From positions 72,106,001-72,170,000 of the forward strand of contig OX597824.1 of the NCBI GenBank assembly GCA_951406725.2: 64,000 nt of DNA. The letters are read 5' to 3'. Under the pieces are notes generated by a model. That model was not told the DNA's origin and did not search any database. It was given only the letters and a program-made list of their open reading frames with translations. A program made the position numbers and the translations under genes. Within the stretch, counting starts at the first letter, position 1, and the number at the start of each line of letters is the position of its first letter. Positions 22,816 to 34,091 of the stretch are shown here, in pieces. The stretch comes from Octopus vulgaris. Its lineage: Eukaryota.

Positions 22816-23173
22816 TATCACATGAATCTTAGTAGAATGTATGCAATAATTTTTGTTGGAGAGATACTTTACATAACATTGGTAGGAAGTGAGATTCCTG
22901 GAGACAATGTACAGTGTGTTGTGTGTGTGTATAATTGTTCTTAAAAAATCCATGAGTCAGAAAAGACAAGTGCACATATATTAGCTAATGTAGTGGGCAT
23001 ATTATTCCTTTCATCCTTTTCCGATGATTGCTGGGCTTATCTCAACTCCTGGTATGAAACTGATTGGTAAAGTGACTTATATGAGAATAAAACATAAACT
23101 GAATGTGATAGTTTGATATTTATATGTAATGTTTGTATTTATAAATAAAAGGAATCTCCTTTTATAATTTCAG

Positions 23174-23243
23174 GTTGCTCAACTGTCTCAAACCAAGTTC
23201 TGTTAAGAAAATTAACCGATTCCCAACACCATTGGCTGGACTG
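23174..23243 (+). CDS. LIMCH1: Internal coding exon of an LMO7/LIMCH1-family gene (calponin-homology domain)
   Basis: Acceptor tttataatttcag and donor CTG|gtagga; 70 nt, phase 2 to phase 0. Encodes LLNCLKPSSVKKINRFPTPLAGL, matching the CH-domain motif [23 protein letters not shown] of LIMCH1/LMO7 (from memory). Flanking exons were not found in the window. LIMCH1 versus LMO7 cannot be resolved. Confidence 0.85.
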
Positions 23244-23454
23244 GTAGGAATATTTTCATATTGCATATTTTCTGTACTTACTGTTTGCCATATACTTGTG
23301 TCTACTTAGCTATGGTAACCTCCTAGAAAACTGTTTTCTAAAGGGCGACAACAGGCGTTTAACTTTATCAGCCCTTCTCTGGCAGACCAATGACCAAAGT
23401 TACTCTATCTGTAACTATCCCAGCTTTTATTTCACCAATATCTAAGACTATATG

Positions 23455-23722
23455 AATCATTGTCTCTTGTGAAAGGTAGGAGAGTCCAGTTTGCTGAACA
23501 TTGTTGTAGAGCTGAAAACGAGGCAATTTCTCCTCTTCTCCTCTGGAAGCCAGCTACTCGCAATACCAGAGGGTGCACACTCTCCTACCCTGATGTAATC
23601 CCCTGGGATACAGGCATCCAGCAACAGGACCTCCGTAATGCTATGATGGACCGTGAAGTCTGGCGTAGCATGGTAAATTCCATTGTCTCGACCACGGTCG
23701 AACAATGATGATGATGATGATG
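23455..23722 (+). mobile_element. RTE-clade LINE 3' end
   Basis: RRVQFAEHCCRA..LLLWKP..RG..LSYPDVI..DTG..DLRNAMMDREVWR with a (GAT)n tail; second copy at 46811-47100. Confidence 0.8.
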
Positions 23723-24308
23723 TCTCTTTTTTTTTTAATAGTGCATTGTAAATTGAGGATTATTATAGCTCCCGTTTTTAGCACATTAAATGATGTTGCA
23801 GAGGCTCCAATACTGTATAGGCTCAAAATATATTTTCAGTGCTCAGGGGTCAAAATTTTATGCCTGATTTGTGCTACTGTTGTAGTTGATGATAGAGATA
23901 AAAGCATGGCATAGCATGAGGAAGTATTTACCTGTAACTGTAGGAGTGATATAATGCCTAATAATAATATAAGCATAATGTATAGTGTATGTAGCTATGT
24001 GAAAATAAAGGTGTGGTGTAACGTATGTAAGCAGTTATCTGACAACCTGACAACTTAGGTGTAGTATAATGTATGTGATTAATTAAATGACAACCTAAGT
24101 GCCTGTGTGGCTGAGAAGTTTATTTCCCACCCACGCTGTTCCAGGTTTGGTCCCACTTTGTGACACTGGGCAAGTGTCTTCTACTATATAGCTCTAGGCC
24201 TACGAAGGCTTTGTGAGTGGATCTGGTTGATGGAAACTGAAAGAAGCCCATCATACATATACACATACACGTGTGTGTATATGTGTGTGTGTTTGTGTGT
24301 GTGTGTGT

Positions 24309-24350
<42 letters not shown>

Positions 24351-24591
24351 CCTCTGACTTGTCAGATCCTGTCAAACCATCCAACCTGTGCCAGCATGGA
24401 ATATTTGTGAAATGATAACAATGTGTACTGTTACTGTGTATTACTGTCTTCTTGTCTTGGTATCATCACGTGGTAGTTGTAAACAAGTGACACTGTTATA
24501 CAACCGGTGACCTTCATTTCTCATCTGTGAAAACATGTTTGGCCATAAAAAAATATTATCAGGAAGGACATCTAATCATAGAAAAAATCTG

Positions 24592-25240
24592 GGATCTTTA
24601 CCTTTTGACCTACAGATTTAAAAAATAATTTTTTGTAACTAAACACTTTCAAACTTCGGACACTGGTAGAATGTGTCATATAAAATATCTTTTCCTCTTA
24701 GCATTTTTGAGAAAAACTTATATTTAGGAAGTTATTTCACGTTAAAGTTGTCCTATTTTGGTGGTTTCAACCAATCAATGACATGTTTTCAGCTGAATAA
24801 AATTACTGCTGTTGTTTGTCAACAAGAACTTTCGGCGATGTATATTTCGTTTGTCACTGTTATTTATGACAACCCTAACCCTAAAACCCTAACCCGAACA
24901 CCCTAACCCTAAAACCCTAACCCTAAAACCTTAAAGCTAAAACCAGTACAAATGCATGAACGATGTCATAAATAACAGTGACAAACGAAATATACACTGC
25001 TGAGGGTTGTTGACAAACAATGGCAGTAATTTTATTCAGCTGAATACATGTCACTGATTGGTTGAAATTACCGAAATAGGACAAATTTAACATGAAATAA
25101 CTTCCTAAATATAAGTTTTTCTCAAAAATATTAAGAGTAAAAGATATTTTATATGACACATTCTACCAGTGTCCAAAGTTTGAAAGTGTTCAGTTACAAA
25201 AAATTATTTTTTAAATCTGTCGATCAAAAGGTAAAGATCC
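24592..25240. mobile_element. Foldback MITE (GGATC TIR, ~280-bp arms, 8-bp TSD) with central telomere-like repeats
   Basis: Arms 24592-24871 and 24964-25240 are reverse complements. TSD aaaatctg at 24584-24591 and 25241-25248. Centre (aaccct/aaaaccct)n. Confidence 0.92.
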
Positions 25241-25334
25241 AAAATCTGTCTCAATGAATTCTGTGTGACCCATGCAAGCATGGAAAAGTGGGCGATAATA
25301 TGATGACAACAATGATGATGAGGGTAGTTGTTAC

Positions 25335-25752
25335 CAGCATCGCCTTACTGGCACTTGTGCCCCGTGCTAGTAGGGTGCTAAGAGCACCATCTGAGCGTGA
25401 TCGTTGCCAAAGCGGCTAACTGGCTCTGTGCCGGTGGCACGTAAAAAGCACCATTCAAGCATGATCATTACCAGTGTCGCCTTACTGGCACCTGTGCCGG
25501 TGGCATGTGTAAAAAGCTTCGAGTGAGGTTGTTGCCAGTACCGCCTGACTGGCCCCCATGCTGGTGGCATGTAAAAGCACCCACTACACTCTCGGAGTGG
25601 TTGGCATTAGGAAGGGCATCCAGCTGTAGAAACTCTGCCATATCAAGATTGGAGCCTGGTGCAGTCATCTGGTTCGCCAACCCTCAGTCAAAATCGTCCA
25701 ACCCATGCTGGCATGGAAAGCGGACGTTAAACGACGATGATGATGATGATGA
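25335..25752 (+). mobile_element. SINE family G with tandem 5' repeats
   Basis: gtgccggtggcacgtaaaaagcacc repeats, ggttggcattaggaagggcatccagctgtagaaac body and (GAT)n tail. Confidence 0.8.
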
Positions 25753-26450
25753 TTTTGTGACTGTAAGGCATGTATTCATTTATAAGGAATGTGTATGTGT
25801 TTGCATTAATTTTGTAATTCTGTATTTGTCCTTATTTGGTAAGTGCATATATGCGTAGGTATACAGGTGTATATGTGTGGGCGTAGCATAAAGAATGTAG
25901 GTATATATGTGTGTGTGTGTGTTTGAAAATTATACATGTACATTTGTATAATTTTGTGCATTGTTTGTGCTTATTTTGTTAGTGTATAAATGTGTGTGTT
26001 GTTTTTGTTCAGTTTTCATTATGTTTTAATTTGATATTTGTACTTTGTGTATGTTTATATATATGTATATGCATATACATATATACAAATTATCCTGGTA
26101 CATTGGCTCATATCTGTGTGTGTGTGTATATCTGTATGAGTGCATGTGTGTGATTGGGTATATCATGTTTATATGTGTATATTTATGTGGAGTGGGGGGG
26201 GCTATGTATTTACATGTATCCGTGTGTTTTGTGTACGAGTTTGAGTGTATCCATGAATGTATGCATGTGTGTGTGTGTGTGTGTGTGTGTGTGGGGATTT
26301 GTGTGTATCTGTCCATGAATGTGCACATATGAGAGTGTGTGTGTGTGTAAATAATGAACAAAGTCAGCTGACATAAGGAAATAAATCACACCTCTTTAGA
26401 AACTGGTTTTACTATTTTTAATTAGTGCTCGTGTTTCACATGGCCACACA

Positions 26451-26494
<44 letters not shown>

Positions 26495-26660
26495 CACACT
26501 CTCTCTCTCTTTCTCTCTCTCACTGAGATTCACTAGTGCTCATAAAAATACTTGTATTTACACATGAAACAGGGTGAGGGAAAGGAGAGAGTGATATATT
26601 TGTGTGTATGTGTGCAAATAAAAATACACTTGTGTTTCTGTGTTACTTCTGTCACATCAT

Positions 26661-26694
<34 letters not shown>

Positions 26695-27482
26695 TGTGTG
26701 TGTGTGCATATGTATTATATGAATACTTGTGCATATATATATATATATATATATACATAGATGTACATGTGTGTACGAATGAGATTGTGTGCACCTTATG
26801 TGCACAGAAATATAACTTATATATATACACTTATGTGTGTGTGTATCTATACATGTCTACACACACACACACATGCTTGTATGTATACTTGTGTTTATAT
26901 ATTTATATATGAATGTGTGTATACATCTGTAAGTAAATATTTTTATGATCTCTGATGCTAATGTGTACAAATTCATGTGCACTAGTCTTGCTAAGTTTAT
27001 AAGTATTTCTAGCTATTCAAATGTAAATTTGTACATTTACCTGCCCAACCATACCTGTTCAACTATATATGAAATTACTCACGTATGTGGTTATCTTTGT
27101 CATTATCATCGTTTTGCATTTATTTTCTATGCTGGCATGGATTGGTCAGGCTGTCATGATCCAGGTGAATTCCTGTTCAGAGTTATTGCATTTATAGATG
27201 GATTAAAGGAGCATGTCTTACATATGTCTTACTTAATTTGGTATGGGTTTTTATGGCTTAATACCCTTCCTAATGCTGGCCATTATATAGTATGAACATG
27301 ATGCATTTCATTGTGGCACCAGCATTGTTTTCATTTATTTACATCACTACATAGATCTCTGCCTAACTTTTCACACACAGTGCTCAAAAGTTTTTTCAAG
27401 CATTTCAGTCATCTACATAATTCAGTGATTCAAGCATGTGCTGCTTAGAAGGTTTTTTTTTTAAAAGAACATAAAGATAAGC

Positions 27483-27942
27483 TACAAGCTACAGTAACAT
27501 CCGCCGTTAGTGGTTAGCCATATTTAGATGGCAAATATACTTCACATTGTTGTGCAGTAACTGTTTATACCTTGTTCAGAGATTTGTTATTGCTTGTATA
27601 CACTTTTTCGAGATCAGTAACGAAAAGTTACTGGAAAAAGGATATATGTATTCGCATTGGGACACCTTCGCATCGAAGACCGGTAAATGTCATGCACTGA
27701 TAACGGGTAAATATCCAGAAACCCGGGTCCGTGTGTATCACGTCAGGTCGACGATGGGAAGGATGGCTTCCATTTGCAAATGCCGATAGGGCACAGAAAG
27801 TGTGTCAATAGCCAGCTGGAGAAGATGTTCTGGGGCTACAAGCTGCAGTAACATCCACCGTTAGTGGTTAGCCATATTTAGATGGCAAATATACTTCACA
27901 TTGTCGTGCAGTTACTGTTTATACCTCGTTCAGAGATTTATT
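27483..27942 (+). mobile_element. Retrozyme-like insertion: ~1.3 copies of a 354-nt unit with a hammerhead motif
   Basis: 110-bp direct repeats at 27481-27590 and 27835-27944 (6 mismatches, period 354). TSD ataaagataagc at 27471-27482 and 27943-27954. Internal hammerhead-like core. Confidence 0.7.
27691..27735 (+). ncRNA. Type I minimal hammerhead ribozyme motif (core variant, possibly inactivated)
   Basis: catgca-CTGATAA-c-gggta-aa-tatcc-a-GAAA-ccc-ggg-TC^-cgtgtg. Stem II gggta/tatcc, palindromic stem III ACCCGGGT, GUC cleavage triplet ending at 27729. G8 of the CUGANGA core is A in this copy. Confidence 0.6.
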
Positions 27943-28247
27943 ATAAAGATAAGCATTTTCTTCATAATATTTCAAAATGTATTCAAACAACAGATATTTG
28001 AAGGAGAAACTAGTTTGATTTATCAGCTGAGTCATTGGTAACATGTAACTTGAGTAGTGAAATTATGAGTCTTTCAGTTACAATATATGAAAGAATGCTC
28101 TACTCCTATGCATGCATGTATGCACATGAATGTATGTACTTGTGTCTATGTATATACCTATGTGTATGTATATACCTATGTGTATCATCATTATTTAACA
28201 TCCATTTTCCATGTTGGCATGAGTTGGACTGTTGGTGTATCTATAAC

Positions 28248-28279
<32 letters not shown>

Positions 28280-28303
28280 CTATATATATATTCACATTAG
28301 ATG

Positions 28304-28442
28304 CAGTGTACATTTAAACACATGAGAAATCCACTCATGGGATTCAACACGCTAGAAAGAACAGCTAGGTTCTATAAACACAAAATTAGGGATAAAATTC
28401 GACAGGAATGTTGCTGGATTTCTCGTGTTTAAATCTACACTG
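28304..28442. mobile_element. Small Tc1-like MITE
   Basis: ~30-bp TIRs cagtgtacatttaaacacatgagaaatcca / tggatttctcgtgtttaaatctacactg; TA on the right, TG on the left. Confidence 0.65.
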
Positions 28443-28671
28443 TATCTTATGACTAATACATAGTCTTTTGGACTAAATTTTTACACGTTAGACCACTGGA
28501 AATGTAAATTTTAATTAATTTCTATTTCCCTTTGATATGATTATATATTCACATCTGTATATTTGTGTGTGTGTGTGTGTGTAATGGATAAAAACTTGTT
28601 AAGTCTGAAACAGTGTGAAAGGAAATGCAGAAGTAAAGACAGGATGACAGTTGAAGTTTTACTTTATATTT

Positions 28672-28710
28672 CTTAAATATTTTGAGGTTAGGACCCCCTT
28701 CATTAGGATG
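28672..28710 (-). ncRNA. Decayed hammerhead motif in the Penelope 3' (pLTR) region
   Basis: Minus strand reads catc-CTAATGA-a-gggg-gtcctaa-cctc-AAAA-tattta, the PLE-type hammerhead layout with two G>A core changes, directly downstream of the PLE ORF. Confidence 0.4.
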
Positions 28711-28779
28711 TGTAGAAATGTGAGGTATGTAGGTGAGGGTAGTGACATTCACAGACTGGTATTACAACAACCAGTCTGT

Positions 28780-29880
28780 TTTGTGTAGTTCTTGTCTATT
28801 GTTTAATGCTGGTTTCAGCTTATCAGTTTGGATAGCCTCCTTAATTTAAAGGTTGTTTGTGTTACATTCTATGCTTCTAATATATACTGTAATATCCTGT
28901 GAATTGCAGATCACCTCATATGCTACATGGGCTCTCAAGAACGTTTTAAAGTTGTCAATGGCTTAATTGGACAGTGAGCACCTAACAATGCTGTTTGTGG
29001 TATGATTTCTGGATAAGGCGGCGAGCTGGCAGAAACGTTAGCACACCGGGCGAAATGCATAGCCGTATTTCGACTGCCATTACATTCTGAGTTCAAATTC
29101 CACCGAGGTTGACTTTGCCTTTCATACTTTCAGAGTCGATTAAATAAGTACCAGTTGTGCACTAGGATCGATATAATCGACTTAATCTGTTTGTTTGTCC
29201 TCTCTGTGTTTAGCCCCTTGTGGGTAGTAAAGAAATAGGTATGATTTCTGGACAAATTTCCTCAGCGATGAACCTGAATGCACTATTCATATGTTTAGTT
29301 CCACCTTGTGAATTGCATGATGAAATTGCAGAAGCGGTTCTGTTGTTGAAGTAGGGAAGTTTTTAGAAGCACATATTAGTCTTGGGAGTACAGGCCTTTT
29401 TATGAAGTTTGTTAATTTTAGTATTGTTTATAAGTTGCTGTTTGGTAAAAGATAGTGAATAGCTGTTGTTTAGTAGGATCTTCTGGAACCATTTGGTTTT
29501 GACAGCTTTCTCAATTACTTTGCTGCACCTGTTGTTTATGTGTGAGATTTCATTTTATATGTAGGTGGCTCTAGTTATGGTGAACAAGGCTTGATTTGTA
29601 TTGCACAAGCAGGTTCCTACTAGTTGCTTTCTTGTGGAACTTGATGTAAACCTGAGTTGGAAATTGAGCAGGGAAAAGGCTCCAGACTGGTCAGGGTGCT
29701 TGATCAAGAAATCCATGTGTTTTTTGGTGTTGCCGAATTTCTGGTATATGACGGTGGCCTCCACTCAGGAGGATATAAGTATTAGGATATCATTCACATG
29801 CCTGAAGCAGCTACAGGACCTTGTGTTCCAGTTGATCTATATATGTGATGGCCAGTTTATAGTATGTGTTACATACTATG
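28780..29880 (-). pseudogene. Decayed Penelope-like element (RT plus GIY-YIG endonuclease C-terminus)
   Basis: Minus-strand fragments LAITYIDQLEHKV...FRHVNDILIL (RYVDD-like), ...NEISHINNRCS...FQKILLNNSY and IKEAIQTDKLKPALNNRQE. Many stops and frameshifts; interrupted by a SINE. Confidence 0.75.
29014..29237 (+). mobile_element. SINE family B long-tail monomer inserted in the Penelope relic
   Basis: TSD ggtatgatttctgga at 28999-29013 and 29238-29252. Confidence 0.9.
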
Positions 29881-30669
29881 ATGGTTAATAATTCTCAAAT
29901 ATCTGAGGATGTAAAACCAAAACAGTGAAAGTTGGTGAGAGGAGGAGAATCAAGAAGAGGAAAGAGTGGCAGAAAAGGAAAGATGTGATGTAGTCAGTTA
30001 AAATGTTGACAGTTGGAATTGTGAACATGGATGTAAAGCTCACTTTACCTGGACACCTACCTAAATTGCAAAAGTGAAATTTTCTGATCATGCCCACATG
30101 AAAGGAAATATGTAATTGGATACTAGTGGAATGCTTCATGATTATAAATGTCAGAGCTTCAATTACCAGTACTTCTCAAAACTGCAATGCTTGCCACACT
30201 TTATTATATATTAACATGCACACAAACATATATGCATATATAGCCACATGTGATTTTAAAATTCGATGTCCACCCCTTCTCCTCCTTCCTTCCTGCACTT
30301 TGCAGGCAGGCAGTTAGACCTCACACAGTGAAGGCATGCTCACTTTTGTGTAAGGTGCATAACTCTTGATGAATTTCCCTCTGAACTTCTCCCACAGGAT
30401 TTTCTGTTCTATTCTTTCCACAGCACCCACAAACTAGACATAACACTGGCTGATCTTCAGTAGTGAAACTTGTCACATCAGCCCTTCTGATGAGCACCAT
30501 TTTAGGTTTTCCCTAACTTTTGTACGAAAGTGATTGCTAAAACCGACAGAAATAGATCTATAATTCTGTATAATTTTATAAATGTGTGTCTGTGTGTGTA
30601 GTCCAGATTTTCCATACTCCATTCCATAACTCTTGTTTCATAATATATATATATATATATATGTACACG

Positions 30670-30727
<58 letters not shown>

Positions 30728-30789
30728 AAATAAAAATGACCCAAGAAGATAGCTCAAGTGGACAGAGGCTTGTATTTGAAGAAAACCAC

Positions 30790-31080
30790 ATAAAGGTGGT
30801 TAGGCTGTTGCACTCACGATCGAGAGATAGTGATTTCAGTTCCTAGATTGGGTGGTTCATTGTGTTTTTGAGCAAAACACTGCATCTTATGTTGCTCTGT
30901 GATCAATTTGACACCTGATATGTGGTACACTGTGCACCTGTTTAGGCAATATCGATTTAATGGTGGGAGTGAGCCAATGTACAGCACATAGATTTATTCA
31001 CTATAAACAAATTATTTCTGCAGGTTGGTCAGCAAAAACTGAACATTTCTACATTGTTTTTGATGGGAGATTCCATCATA
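30790..31080 (+). mobile_element. SINE with D-like head and a distinct tail
   Basis: Homologous to the minus-strand copy at 61452-61752. Confidence 0.6.
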
Positions 31081-31185
31081 GATATACATATAAAGCTCTG
31101 CCTCTCTTTTTCACCCTCTCATATGTTCATATATGTATATATACATACAAAAGTATATATACATATATATACATATATATATATA

Positions 31186-31621
31186 TTGCTCGGGTTTGTT
31201 TTTTAGTTGCGCTTAAAACGGCAGACTTTGATGTCGCGTTAACAAAGTTTTGACATAGTTTCAATCTTTTTTGAAAAGTAAAAATTTTGCATTATGTAGC
31301 TAGTTATTCTCTTTCAGTGAACATTTTTCTGGTTGAAATACACCGAAAAATGCGACACAGCAGTCAAAAAATCATAAAATATAAGGATTTTCATAGAAAA
31401 AAAATCACCTTTTTGATGTAAATAATTTTTGGTGTTAACATGGTCCGATTTTAATTTTGTCTTCTACAGAAGGAAGAGCAAGCCTTCTTCTATCATATTC
31501 TCAATTTTGGTCAACTTGCGCTGGAGGGTCTCGGAGGAGATAGTGTTAGTTGAAGGCTACCAAACCTGCCACACACACACACACACACACACAGAGACAA
31601 CTTCAGCTTTATATATATAGA
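31186..31621 (-). mobile_element. Non-autonomous Helitron family 1 (3' end clipped)
   Basis: Homologous to 32258-32647, 39441-39837 and 56624-57002. Confidence 0.85.
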
Positions 31622-32257
31622 TATGTGTTTGTGTTTGTTGGACTTAGAACAGATGTCTTATGAGTTGCTACTCAGTTTTGTGTTTCCCATCACCAAGCAA
31701 CTGATGATAATCCAGTTGCAGTAACATGTAGAATTGGAATGTTCTTCTGTGAAGACTAATAAGCAGATATGATTTAAGTAATTAAATGAAATATATATAC
31801 AAAAGCTATAAAAAAAAAATAGAGAGCTCAATAGACCAAAGCAAACATAAGTAGACTGTATTGTGGTTGTGGTATTTGTATATATTGTTATGTATAGATT
31901 TTTTGTGTAGTGTAAGGTGTGAAAAATCCTGAAGCTTTCTTGTATGTTCACATTGCTTTGGAGTACGTGGGAGTATTGTTTTGTAAAAATAATAGCATAT
32001 CGTGTTTGGCTGGGATGTGTGGTGAAGCATGGTCCATAAAGCAGAGAAAAGCAATAATACGATATTAGATAATAATGATGTAGTAATATAATGATTGTAA
32101 TGGTGATATAATATAATTATGAAATAGTTGAATGTTAAGTGAAATATATGTTACAGATAATAAAAGATAGGGCTGGAAGTGTGAAATGAAATGAAGTTGC
32201 CTTAGAGGGAAAAATAAAATAATAAAAAGATGAGGAAAATCTCAGTGTAACATTAAA

Positions 32258-32647
32258 TCTATATATAAAAAGCTGAAGTTGTCTGTGTGTGGCAGGTTTG
32301 GTAGCCTTCAACTAACACTATCTCCTCCGAGACCCTGCGGCGCATGTTGACCAAAATTGAGAGTATGATATAAGAAGGCTTGCTCTTCATTCCGTAGAAG
32401 ATAAAATTCAAATTGGACCATGTTAACACCAAAAATTATTTACATCAAAAAGATGCTTTTCTTCTATGAAAATCCCTATTTTTTACGATTTTTTGACTGC
32501 TGTGTCGCTAATTTTTCGGTGTATTTCAACCAGAAAATGTTCACTTAAAGAGAATAACAAGCTACATAATGCAAAATTTTTACTTCTCAAAAATTCCAAT
32601 TCTAAAGGGTCAAAACAAACCTGAGCAATGCCGGGCAATACTGCTAG
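32258..32647 (+). mobile_element. Non-autonomous Helitron family 1, complete
   Basis: A|TCtatatataaaaagctgaag...cctgagcaatgccgggcaatactgCTAG|T: TC/CTAG ends, 3' hairpin, A|T target and no TSD. Confidence 0.9.
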
Positions 32648-32879
32648 TATATCTATAAAGTTATTAAATGAACTTTGAAAAGGTTTTGAGTGAGGAATAA
32701 TGCAAGTTTTAGTATATTTACTTTCAAATTGGCCCACACACATCTGTGTGTATACACACACACACACACACATTGTGTGATAAAGAAGACAAGTGTCTTC
32801 TAGTATAGTCTTGTTGCCTCAAACCAATCAATACTTAAATTTGATGGATGAAAGCTGTACAAATCCTATCGTGTGTGTG

Positions 32880-33238
32880 TATTCTCTTATATGTTTCAGT
32901 CCAATGACTGTGGCCATGCTGGAACATCACCATTGTAATCATCTTTCCACTTTCCACCTTTGTTGGAGCGGCTTCTGGTGAAGGATGGAGTTCGATGCTA
33001 CTGCCCTTTTTGAGTTTCTTGCTTAGATATTGGCTCATCCGGGATCTCGGCAAGCCAGAGGTCAAGTTCACGGTTTGAAACGTCTACATCCACTCCATGA
33101 AGACTCCTCAGATGCTACAGCAGACAGTTAAATAGCTGTGGGCCCTTGAAACCCAAGCTATTGCAGTACGTTGTCCTTGCCCAAGATGAAGCAGTCGGCA
33201 CAATGGGGACAGCACAGTGACGTCCTGTTCGTGAACTG
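32880..33238 (-). mobile_element. CR1-group LINE 3' end sharing its tail with SINE A
   Basis: RTGRHCAVP..YCNSLGFKGPQLFNCL..LRSLHGVDVD..ELDLWLAEIPDEP..ASNSILHQ; tail ccagcatggccacagtcattggactgaaaca. Confidence 0.8.
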
Positions 33239-33352
33239 ATATAGCTCTTTATATATGTGTGTGTTTTATCAATCTCTTGCTGAGCTGTTATATAAGAAAG
33301 ATGTAAATGAATTACCTGTTGTCAAGCAGCATGGAGACAAATAACAGCATCT

Positions 33353-33411
<59 letters not shown>

Positions 33412-33679
33412 TATATATGACAGGCTTCCATACAGTTTCTGTCTGCCTTACTAACTCACAATGCACTAAATGATCTAGGGCTATAGTGAATGATACTTGC
33501 CCAAGATGCTGACGGTGGGGCTGAATCCAAAACTATGTGGCTGAAAAATGAACTCCTTGACCTTAGAACCATCAAACCATGCCAATGTAAAATATCTGTT
33601 ATTTGGTTGGTTAGTTATTGGTTGTTAAAATTTATAGCACCATCCAACCTATATCAGTATAAGAAAATGTACTGGTTGA

Positions 33680-33882
33680 TATTCTTTTACTTGTTTTATT
33701 TGACTGCAGCCATGCTGGAGCACAGCCTTTAGTCAAACAAATCGACCCCAGGACTTATTCTTTGTAATCCTAATTCTTATTCTATTGGTCTCTTTTGTCA
33801 AACCGCTAAGTTACAGGGACATAAACACCCCAAAATTGGTTGTCAAGCGATGGTGGGGGGGGGGGGACAAACACACAAACAT

Positions 33883-33940
<58 letters not shown>

Positions 33941-34091
33941 CAGGCTTCTTTCAGTTTCCGTCTACCAAATCCATTCAGAAGGCTTTGGTCAGTCTGAGGC
34001 TATAGTAGAAGACACTTGCCCAAGGTGTCACACAGTGGGACTGAACCCAGAACCATGTGGTTGGCAAGCAATCTACTTACCACACAGCCAC
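33680..34091 (-). mobile_element. SINE family A
   Basis: Reverse complement of 2491-2889. Confidence 0.85.

Noticed and set aside
24870-24945. True telomere or chromosome-fusion scar
   Set aside because: The repeats are short, imperfect and enclosed by MITE arms and a TSD.
24673-25159. Pair of similar ORFs (MSYKISF...) on opposite strands
   Set aside because: They are the two arms of the palindromic MITE, not genes.
30447-30510. Hammerhead-like pieces (gaaacttgtca, ctgatgag, ggctgat/atcagcc stem)
   Set aside because: The elements cannot be arranged into a valid stem I/II/III topology; at best a scrambled relic.
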